DNA from: an uncultured bacterium
GTDB taxonomy: Bacteria; Verrucomicrobiota; Verrucomicrobiia; Limisphaerales; UBA8199
DNA: 64,000 nucleotides
Direction: 5' to 3'
Assembly: GCA_963749495.1 (NCBI GenBank)
Contig: CAVVMW010000015.1
Coordinates: 1-64,000, forward strand
Shown: positions 55,870-64,000 of the stretch, one piece after another
Layout: each line of letters opens with the position of its first letter
Position numbering within the stretch: position 1 is the first letter of the stretch
The notes under the pieces: model-generated
Seen by the model: only the letters and a program-made list of their open reading frames with translations
Told to the model about the DNA's origin: nothing
Databases searched by the model: none
Translations under genes and position numbers: made by a program

Positions 55870-55870
55870 A

Positions 55871-57429
55871 AGGCGAATCAATCCCGGCTCGGCCCAGGCG
55901 CGCCCGAAGAAGGAGATGCCGACGGGCAACCCGAAGACCTGGCCCAGGGGAACGGTGATGCTCGGGTAGCCGGCGACAGCGGCAGGGGTTGTGCTGTCGC
56001 CCAGGCCATGGTCGCCGGTGACCCAATCGGTGAGGTGGGCCGGGCCGGAGGTGGGGGCGATGACGGCGTCGAGTTGGTGCTTGTCCATGGCGGCATCGAT
56101 CCCCTCGGTGCGCGCCATGCGGCGGCACGTGGCCAGGGCGTCGAGATAGGCCCGGTCGGTCAACGGTCCCTTGGCCTGGGCCTTGAGAAACTCCTCCTGG
56201 CCGAACCAGAGCAGTTCCTGGGCACTGCAGCGCTGGTTGAAGGCGATGACCTCGTCCAAGGAATGGAGCGGCGCGTTGGGGCCGAGGGCGGCCAGGTAGG
56301 CGCCCAGGCCGGCCTTGAACTCGTAGCTCAACACCTCGGCCTCAGCCTCGTTGAGTTTGTCCGCCTTGGGAATGGAGACCGGGTCGATCACCTCGGCCCC
56401 GGCGCGTCTCATTTGCGCCAGGGCCGACTCCATCAGGGCGTCCACGGCGCGATGGAAACCGAAGAAGGCGCGGGCGATGCCGAGACGGGCGCCGCGCAGG
56501 CCCCCGGGGTCCAGACCGGCGCAGAAATCGGCGGGGGCCTTCTCTGAGGCGGGGGCGGTGGCGGGGTCGCGCGGGTCGGGGCCGGCGATGACCGAGAGCA
56601 GGAGGGCGGCATCCGCGACTGTGCGTGCCATGGGACCGGCGGTATCCTGGCTGTGGGCGATCGGGATGATCCCGGGCCGGCTGACCAGGCCGACGGTGGG
56701 TTTGATGCCGACGATGCCATTGTAGGAAGACGGCGAGAGGATGGAACCGTCGGTCTCGGTGCCGATGGCGGCGGCGCAAAGATTGGCGGCAACGGCGACG
56801 GCGGAGCCGGAACTGGAGCCGGAGGGATTGCGGTCCAGGGCGTAGGGGTTGCGCGTCTGGCCGCCGCGCCCGCTCCAACCGCTGGTCGAGAGCGAGCCGC
56901 GGAAGTTGGCCCACTCGCTGAGGTTGGTCTTTCCGAGGATAAGCGCCCCGGCGGCGCGGAGCCTCTCGACCAGCCAGGCGTCGCGCGCCGGAATCGAGCC
57001 CGCCAGGGCGAGCGAGCCGGCGGTGGTGCTCATGCGGTCGTGGGTATCGATGTTGTCCTTTATGAGGATGGGGATGCCGTGGAGCGGGCCGCGCGGGTCT
57101 TTGGCTTTGCGTTCACGATCCAGCTCGGCCGCAATGGCCAGGGCGTCGGGGTTCAATTCTATGACGGCGTTCAGGGCGGGGCCGCGGCGGTCGATTTGCT
57201 CGATCCGGGGGAGGTACTTTCGGGCCAGCGAGCAGGCCGACTCAGTCCCGGCAGCCATGCGCGCATTGAGTTGGGCGATAGTGATCTCATCCAGTCCGAA
57301 CGGTTTCACGGGCCGAGCGTGCCGGCCCGGAGCCGCGGGCCGCTTGTCATGATTGCGGGCCAGCGCACGGCCCGAGGCCGCCGCAACGCCGCCCAGGGCG
57401 GTCAGACGCAGAAAACTTCGCCGGTTCAT
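55871..57429 (-). pseudogene. Amidase copy 2, truncated about 27 codons before the natural stop and fused to the MITE end
   Basis: Near-identical to 39481-41038; diverges after WAEPGLIRL. Confidence 0.9.
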
Positions 57430-57621
57430 GGTCGGTGCCTTGGCCGGGAGCATAACCCAAACCAGGGCAGGGGAGAAGCGGGAAGTTGGCCGGCGGCGCT
57501 GTCGGGGCGTATCCCACCGCTCCCGTAGCGCAGACTTCCAAGTCTGCTGTATCGCGGGTTTCCTAACCCGCAGGCGCCGCGATTTCCGACGCCCTGCCGA
57601 TTGGAAATCGGCGATACAGCA

Positions 57622-58982
57622 GAGCCTTTTGCAAAAGTCGGAAAGTTGCAGGATTCTTGAATAATCTGGTCGGCAGATGGATCAAACCACGCATATGCCT
57701 GACCTGCCTGACCTGTGGCAACACCTCCAACGCCAACTTTTCCCGGTTTTGACCGAGGAACTCGGGTCCTTGGGGGCCAAGGACCAGCAATTCGTCGAGG
57801 TAATTTCGCTGCTGCCTTTGGGACGTTTTCTGCTTCGTTACGAGGGATGTGGGCAGGGGCGACCTCCCCATGAGCGGGTCTGGGTGCTGCACGCCTTTAT
57901 CGCCAAAGCCGTTTATGGATTTGCCACGACCGAAGCATTGATCGATGCCTTGAACGCTCGCCCCACGCTGCGGCGGCTCTGCGGCTGGGAAAGCTTGGGC
58001 CAGTTGCCGGAGCGCTCGACTTTCTCGCGGGCCTTTAGCGTGTTTGCCGCCGACGAATTGCCGCAGCAAATCCACGCGGCGTTGGTGGAGATACACTGTC
58101 GGCCCAAGCTGGTGGGGCACATCAGCCGGGACAGCACGGCCATTAGTGTGCCGGAGCGCAAGGCGACCAAGCCGGAGATGGTCGCTCCGCCCCCTGGCAA
58201 GGCCGGCCGGCCCAAGAAAGGTGAGGTGCGCCCGCCTCGTACGAAGCTGGAGATCCAGATGGCCCGCTCGCTGGAGCAGAACCTGGCCGACCTGCCGCGG
58301 GGATGCGATATAGGGTGTAAGACCGATGCCAAGGGTTACAAGACCTGGTGGCGAGGCTACAAACTGCACCTGGACGTGATTGACGGGGATATTCCCATCG
58401 GTGCGGTGCTGACCAGTGCCAGCCTGCATGATAGTCAGGTCGCTATTCCCCTGGCGCAGCAGAGCGCCCAACGGGTTCAGGCGCTCTATGAACTGATGGA
58501 CTCGGCCTACGACGCGCACTTCATCAAGGACTTTTGTCGGGGCTTGGGACACGTGCCAATTATTGATCCCAAGGAACGGGAGGGCTTCGTGCCGCTGGAT
58601 CCGGCGGAGCGCCAACGCTATAAGCAGCGCACTGCCAGCGAGCGAGTTAACGGCCGGCTCAAAGAGGAGTTTGGGGCCCGGACGGTGCATGTGCGAGGAG
58701 CCGCCAAGGTCATGTGCCATTTGATGTTCGGAGTCTTGGCGGTCGCCACCTTGGGCATCTGGGCTCGCTTGTGTTGACATCCCCACTTTCCATGCCAATG
58801 GCCCGCGCTCCACCAGGGGCGTGATGGGAGGCGTATCGCCTGAGAACCCCTGCCTGCCGGCTTGCGGGCCGTTTTCGTTCCAAGCGGGGCGCCAAGCCAG
58901 TTCAATGAATAGACACCTGCCTTCCCAACGTCCAACCCTGGATCAACTTTGTCTCCTTCCTCTTTCGTTTTGCAAAAGGCTC
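57622..58982 (+). mobile_element. IS (IS5/IS1182-like DDE), copy 1
   Basis: 15-bp TIR GAGCCTTTTGCAAAA; AGCA at 57618-57621 and 58983-58986. Confidence 0.9.
57677..58777 (+). CDS. DDE transposase
   Basis: LRRLCGW..P..STFSRAF, SRDSTAI, GYKLH, LMDSAYD and RTASERVNGRLK. Confidence 0.9.
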   Translation: MDQTTHMPDLPDLWQHLQRQLFPVLTEELGSLGAKDQQFVEVISLLPLGRFLLRYEGCGQGRPPHERVWVLHAFIAKAVYGFATTEALIDALNARPTLRRLCGWESLGQLPERSTFSRAFSVFAADELPQQIHAALVEIHCRPKLVGHISRDSTAISVPERKATKPEMVAPPPGKAGRPKKGEVRPPRTKLEIQMARSLEQNLADLPRGCDIGCKTDAKGYKTWWRGYKLHLDVIDGDIPIGAVLTSASLHDSQVAIPLAQQSAQRVQALYELMDSAYDAHFIKDFCRGLGHVPIIDPKEREGFVPLDPAERQRYKQRTASERVNGRLKEEFGARTVHVRGAAKVMCHLMFGVLAVATLGIWARLC

Positions 58983-58986
58983 AGCA

Positions 58987-60346
58987 GAGCCTTTTGCAAA
59001 AGTCGGAAAGTTGCAGGATTCTTGAATAATCTGGTCGGCAGATGGATCAAACCACGCATATGCCTGACCTGCCTGACCTGTGGCAACACCTCCAACGCCA
59101 ACTTTTCCCGGTTTTGACCGAGGAACTCGGGTCCTTGGGGGCCAAGGACCAGCAATTCGTCGAGGTAATTTCGCTGCTGCCTTTGGGACGTTTTCTGCTT
59201 CGTTACGAGGGATGTGGGCAGGGGCGACCTCCCCATGAGCGGGTCTGGGTGCTGCACGCCTTTATCGCCAAAGCCGTTTATGGATTTGCCACGACCGAAG
59301 CATTGATCGATGCCTTGAACGCTCGCCCCACGCTGCGGCGGCTCTGCGGCTGGGAAAGCTTGGGCCAGTTGCCGGAGCGCTCGACTTTCTCGCGGGCCTT
59401 TAGCGTGTTTGCCGCCGACAAATTGCCGCAGCAAATCCACGCGGCGTTGGTGGAGATACACTGTCGGCCCAAGCTGGTGGGGCACATCAGCCGGGACAGC
59501 ACGGCCATTAGTGTGCCGGAGCGCAAGGCGACCAAGCCGGAGATGGTCGCTCCGCCCCCTGGCAAGGCCGGCGGCCGAAGAAAGGTGAGGTGCGCCCGCC
59601 TGGTACGAAGCTGGAGATCCAGATGGCCCGCTCGCTGGAGCAGAACCTGGCCGACCTGCCGCGGGGATGCGATATAGGGTGTAAGACCGATGCCAAGGGT
59701 TACAAGACCTGGTGGCGAGGCTACAAACTGCACCTGGACGTGATTGACGGGGATATTCCCATCGGTGCGGTGCTGACCAGTGCCAGCCTGCATGATAGTC
59801 AGGTCGCTATTCCCCTGGCGCAGCAGAGCGCCCAACGGGTTCAGGCGCTCTATGAACTGATGGACTCGGCCTACGACGCGCACTTCATCAAGGACTTTTG
59901 TCGGGGCTTGGGACACGTGCCAATTATTGATCCCAAGGAACGGGAGGGCTTCGTGCCGCTGGATCCGGCGGAGCGCCAACGCTATAAGCAGCGCACTGCC
60001 AGCGAGCGAGTTAACGGCCGGCTCAAAGAGGAGTTTGGGGCCCGGACGGTGCATGTGCGAGGAGCCGCCAAGGTCATGTGCCATTTGATGTTCGGAGTCT
60101 TGGCGGTCGCCACCTTGGGCATCTGGGCTCGCTTGTGTTGACATCCCCACTTTCCATGCCAATGGCCCGCGCTCCACCAGGGGCGTGATGGGAGGCGTAT
60201 CGCCTGAGAACCCCTGCCTGCCGGCTTGCGGGCCGTTTTCGTTCCAAGCGGGGCGCCAAGCCAGTTCAATGAATAGACACCTGCCTTCCCAACGTCCAAC
60301 CCTGGATCAACTTTGTCTCCTTCCTCTTTCGTTTTGCAAAAGGCTC
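58987..60346 (+). mobile_element. IS copy 2; transposase 59042-60141 frameshifted near 59572
   Basis: Same TIRs; AGCA at 60347-60350; one base shorter than copy 1, with a few substitutions. Confidence 0.9.
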
Positions 60347-60390
60347 AGCAGGTTTGGAAACCTGCGCTACGACTTTGTCAACGGCCCTCC

Positions 60391-61479
60391 TCACCTCTGT
60401 ATCCGAGCAGACCCGCCTTTGGCCAGGGCGCGGACCTGCTCGAGCGTGGCCATGGTGGTGTCGCCGGGAAAAGTGGTGAGCAGGGCGCCGTGGGCCCAGC
60501 CGAGCCTGACTGCCTCGTCCCCGGGTTCTCCTGCCAGCAGGCCGTAAAAGAGGCCGGCGGCAAAGCCATCGCCCCCGCCCACGCGGTCCAGGACATCCAG
60601 TTCGCAAGTAGGAGCCAGGCATGTGCGGCCGTTAATCCAGGCGACGGCGCTCCAACTGTGGCGGTTGGTGGAATGGACCTCGCGCAGCGTGGTGGCCACG
60701 ACCTTGATCTGAGGGTGCTTGCGGGTGACATGGTCGATCATGCTCGTGAACGCGCTCGGGTCGAGTTTGGACCTGGCCGCCACAGTTGGGCCTGGAATCC
60801 CCAGTCCGAGCTGAAGGTCTTCCTCGTTGCCGACGAGCACGTCGACGTTCCTGACGATCCGGTCCAGGACGGCCACGGCGCGGTCGTGGCCGCCGCAGAT
60901 GTTCCATAGCTTGGGGCGGTAGTTAAGGTCGAAGGAAACGACCGCGCCGGCCCCTTTGGCGGCCTGCATGGCCTCGACAATGACCTCGGAGGTAGTGGCG
61001 GAGAGGGCCGCAAAGATGCCGCCGCTGTGGAACCATCGGATGCCCTGGGCGAAGATGCCGGCCCAGTTGAAATCGCCCGGCTGGAGCCGGGCAGCCGCTT
61101 CGTTGCAGCGATTGTAGAACACCACGGGGGCGCGCACCCCGTGGCCCCGGTCGCTATAGACCGTTGCCATGTTCGGCCCCTGCACGCCGTCGTGCTTGAA
61201 ATGCTTGTAGAAGGGCCTTACGCCCATGGCCCGGACACGCTCGGCTATCAGGTCGCCGATCGGATAGTCCACCATCGCGGTGGCGATGCCGGTGCACAGG
61301 CCGAAACAGTCTGCCAGGTTGGCGGCAACGTTGAACTCGCCGCCGCTGACATGGATCTGGCACTGGGTGGCCTTACGAAAGGGGATGACTCCCGGATCCA
61401 GACGATGGACGAGGGCGCCCAAGGACAGGAGATCCAGGACGCCGCTTTGCGGGATGTTCAGACCGTGGTTGGGTGTCAT
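60391..61479 (-). CDS. kdgK: PfkB sugar kinase (2-keto-3-deoxygluconate kinase-like)
   Basis: GGEFNVA, FDLNYRPKLW, GNEED and DRVGGGDGFAAG. Confidence 0.85.
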   Translation of the reverse strand: MTPNHGLNIPQSGVLDLLSLGALVHRLDPGVIPFRKATQCQIHVSGGEFNVAANLADCFGLCTGIATAMVDYPIGDLIAERVRAMGVRPFYKHFKHDGVQGPNMATVYSDRGHGVRAPVVFYNRCNEAAARLQPGDFNWAGIFAQGIRWFHSGGIFAALSATTSEVIVEAMQAAKGAGAVVSFDLNYRPKLWNICGGHDRAVAVLDRIVRNVDVLVGNEEDLQLGLGIPGPTVAARSKLDPSAFTSMIDHVTRKHPQIKVVATTLREVHSTNRHSWSAVAWINGRTCLAPTCELDVLDRVGGGDGFAAGLFYGLLAGEPGDEAVRLGWAHGALLTTFPGDTTMATLEQVRALAKGGSARIQR

Positions 61480-61561
61480 GGTTGGAAGGGAGTGGAGTTA
61501 ATTGGAAGAAAATGCGACTTGGAGATGGTCAGTGTTGGCGATGAAACTCGGCTTGGTCCAC

Positions 61562-62291
61562 CTATTTGGCGCCGGCCGGGGCCGCTTCGCCCGTCCGTCC
61601 GATGAGCAAGGCGCAATTCCAGGCCAGGAATTCACGCAGGACCGGCAGGCGCAGCACGAACGGGAATTCCGGGTAATAGCGGGGCGCAGCGCGCAAGAGC
61701 CGCAGCCCAGGGATCGTGCGGATCTTGCGCAGCGTTTCTCCGATGTAAGTCGGGAAGAGGTTGACGTAAGGGGTGTGCTTGCGCGGGCGTTTGGCGAGCC
61801 GGTCATAAACCAGGTGCCCGCGATGCGGACCCAGATAGTGGAACGGCGAGAACTCGTGCCCGCCCCACACCGAGAGCCAGTTGGTCCAACTCAGGTAGAG
61901 CTTGCCCTCCGGCTTGAGCAGCCGGCCGATGTTCTGGAGGAACTGGTCGGGCCGGGCCAGGTGCTCGAAGACGTTCGAGCAGATGACCAGGTCGTAGCTT
62001 CCCAATCCCGCCAAGTCATCTTTGTCGATGTTGAAAGCCCGGAACGGGGCGCCGGCCAGCTCGGGCATGAGGAAGTTCTGTTCATCGGCGAAGGTAACCC
62101 GGCATCCGCGTTTGGCCAGCGCCGCCCCAAAGATGCCGTGCCCGCAACCCAGGTCCAGCGCGCTCGTCCCCGGCCCCAGCGCCACACCCCACCGCTCCAG
62201 CCACTCTACCGCATCCTCAGCCTGGAACCCGTAAAACCCAGGATCGTCCCGATGCCTCAGGGTACTGAAGTATCAAACGGTGTATGATCAT
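61562..62291 (-). CDS. Class I SAM-dependent methyltransferase, indel near 62260
   Basis: LDLGCGHG, YDLVICSNVFEHL and LLKPEG. N-terminus MIIHRLILQY joins after removing one base. Confidence 0.8.
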
Positions 62292-62386
62292 AGCGGGCGA
62301 CCCGCCCGCCCAGAGCCTACGCGAGAGCCCCGGCAATTACAACCTCCCGTGGTGTTCCTCACCGAGCGCATCCGGACACCGCCCCT

Positions 62387-62453
62387 GGAACGCCGCATTT
62401 ATGCGGCAGCGGCCTGGAAGCTCGAGGAGCCTGCCGGCTGAAGCCGGCGTTCC
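62387..62453. repeat. REP-like palindrome GGAACGCCG...CGGCGTTCC
   Basis: Inverted arms with internal hairpins. Confidence 0.65.
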
Positions 62454-62855
62454 GGGGGCAGGGTGTGGATGCGCTCTTCCTCACCTGCCGGTGAGGCGTG
62501 CTTTCCCGCCCGGCTTTGGGAGCCCGGACGAGCCGGTGGAAAGCCCGCCTCACCCGGCAGGCTCAGAAGCCCGTCCTCCAGGGACAGGCATTTGCAGTGT
62601 GTTATCGGTTCTACGCGTCTTCTGTTCAGGGAAGAGGTCTCACAGGACCGGCCGTCCCGATAAGATCACGTCCCGACAGTCATTTAGCACTCTTTGTGCC
62701 AGGGGCATGTCTAAAATCCTAAGTGACTGTAAATGAGCGTCTTGTGAGTTTTCACCCGCTGCCCGGGACAACACGGATCTGGCAACTTATCCAACGGCAC
62801 ATTGCGTTCAAGCCGCCATGATTTATCACAACTACTTACCAATCAATAACTTACA

Positions 62856-63110
62856 TCACCACTTCGCCTTGTCGGTTTTCCTTACGCAAAAACCGATTGA
62901 CTGCCTTCCTCGCGCAATCGCTGCTCCACGCCGTAAGTGGTGCGACTCCGCCTTGGATTTGGTCAGACAGCCGAACCTGGCAAAGGCGACCGAGTAGGCC
63001 AGGAAGCCGGCGATGAGCAGCCACGGATTGCCCTTGGCGGTCAGCAGGATGCCCCAGCCCAGGATGAGCCCGATCATCAGGTAGGCCGCAATGACCAAGA
63101 CGAATTTCAT
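62856..63110 (-). CDS. Small two-TM membrane protein
   Basis: 84 aa with two hydrophobic helices. Confidence 0.6.
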   Translation of the reverse strand: MKFVLVIAAYLMIGLILGWGILLTAKGNPWLLIAGFLAYSVAFARFGCLTKSKAESHHLRRGAAIARGRQSIGFCVRKTDKAKW

Positions 63111-63180
63111 GGCTGGAACCTAATTCATGTTCCCGTCCGCGCAAGTCCGAGCCTTCCATGAACGGGCGCCAAGTCCGCAG

Positions 63181-63260
63181 GTTTTGGACTGCGCCAGTCC
63201 TCTGGCGCTTTCGCGTTCCCAGGGGCCAAAAAGCGCCAGAGGACTGGCGCAGTCCAAAAC
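63181..63260. repeat. Perfect 31-bp inverted repeat (GTTTTGGACTGCGCCAGTCCTCTGGCGCTTT)
   Basis: Arms at 63181-63211 and 63230-63260. Confidence 0.85.
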
Positions 63261-63312
63261 GCTTCGCGCGGCAGGGAACACCCATCCGGTTCATGGTCCC
63301 AGTGCGCAATGC

Positions 63313-64000
63313 TCAAAATCGAGGAGGCTCGCCACGCTCCAGGCGCTTGCCTGCCAGGTGGCGGTTCTGGCGTTTGGGGATTGCGGGCTGGCGCGAACGC
63401 GGCGCAAGGCGCGGCGTGCCGGCGGGCAGGCAGTCTTTGAGAAACCCGGGTTTGTCGTGGCGGCCGCCGCGCTGGTAATCGCGCCACATTGCCTGGGCGA
63501 CTGTTCCGGGGTCCAGGCCCAGTTGGCCGGTGAGATACTCGAAGAGCAGCGCCATCAGGCGCGCCAGTGCAATGCCGTCGGTGCGGCCCACGCGCGCGTG
63601 CAGCCATTGGGTCCAGCGCATGAAGCCCTCGAACGGGGAAGGCGGCGCCGCCCCCGGGCGGCCCCCGCTCCAGATGAGGGGCGTGGTCTCGAGGAAATTG
63701 CCGCTGTTGCCGACCAGGTCCCAATAGCGGGCGAAGCGGCGCAGCTTCTGGAGCGTGAGGAAATCGAGGTGTCGATTTTGCAGAATCTCATAGGGCGGGT
63801 GCGGGTTATAGACCATCTCCCACTGGTCGTCGTGGCGCACGATGGGCGTCCCGCGCAGCCGCTTGAGGATGCCGACCTGGATCTCCTGCGGCCCCAGAGC
63901 CACCAGGCGATCGAACCCGGAGGCGAAACTCTCGAGGGTCTCGCCCGGCAAACCGGCGATGAGGTCCGCGTGCAGATGTACGCCGGTGTGCCGGCGCAGG
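63313..64000 (-). CDS. B12-binding radical SAM protein (DUF4080-type), 3' part
   Basis: [35 protein letters not shown]; runs off the window. Confidence 0.75.
   Translation of the reverse strand, partial: LRRHTGVHLHADLIAGLPGETLESFASGFDRLVALGPQEIQVGILKRLRGTPIVRHDDQWEMVYNPHPPYEILQNRHLDFLTLQKLRRFARYWDLVGNSGNFLETTPLIWSGGRPGAAPPSPFEGFMRWTQWLHARVGRTDGIALARLMALLFEYLTGQLGLDPGTVAQAMWRDYQRGGRHDKPGFLKDCLPAGTPRLAPRSRQPAIPKRQNRHLAGKRLERGEPPRF

Larger units (their letters stand above)
57524..60371. repeat. GTAG-type REP palindrome split by two tandem IS copies
   Basis: Left arm GTAGCGCAGACTTCCAAGTCTGCTGTATCGC; right arm GCGATACAGCA|GGTTTGGAAACCTGCGCTAC. Confidence 0.85.

Noticed and set aside
55050..55870. 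CRISPR array or DGR template/variable repeat
   Set aside because: The units are 316-bp duplicates without unique spacers. There are no cas genes or reverse transcriptase, and differences from the RHS gene are not adenine-specific.
10368..62291. Numerous frameshifts (pRiA4b gene, kinase, epimerase, GH127, amidase, LamG, RHS, methyltransferase) as programmed recoding or phase variation
   Set aside because: They are scattered single-base indels in unrelated genes. The amidase one is a G-run one base shorter than in its twin copy, which is typical of long-read error.
62780..62855. AT-rich patch with an IHF-like AATCAATAACTTA and weak DnaA-box-like words
   Set aside because: A single short match with no perfect DnaA boxes is not enough to call oriC or dif.

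Overview
GC-rich bacterial window, probably from Verrucomicrobiota (Pedosphaerales/Limisphaerales-like). This is an inference from the DUF1559-type prepilin genes, the beta-propeller sensor kinase, the LamG/RHS locus and the intergenic repeat style. Many single-base indels split ordinary genes, which suggests an unpolished long-read assembly. Housekeeping and metabolic genes include mnmE, kdgK, a GH127, amidases, an epimerase and glycosyltransferases. Mobile elements are a partial ISAs1, an IS66 carrying a DUF4338 gene (16-bp TIR, 8-bp TSD), an unclassified DDE IS and an IS1380 both inserted at CTAG inside genes, and a tandem IS pair inside a REP palindrome. There are also two toxin-antitoxin pairs. 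The most striking structure is a ~15-kb LamG-RHS toxin/immunity region with an HUH (RAYT-type) transposase bounded by GGGGTCAAAC inverted repeats. Three non-autonomous copies of its end are each joined at the same base to a different sequence, and one of those joins is to a second, 3'-truncated copy of the flanking amidase gene. Other highlights are an unannotated Cys-rich secreted protein with an in-frame TGA next to a MauE-like gene, and heptamer arrays whose orientation follows gene polarity. No rRNA, tRNA or CRISPR array was seen.
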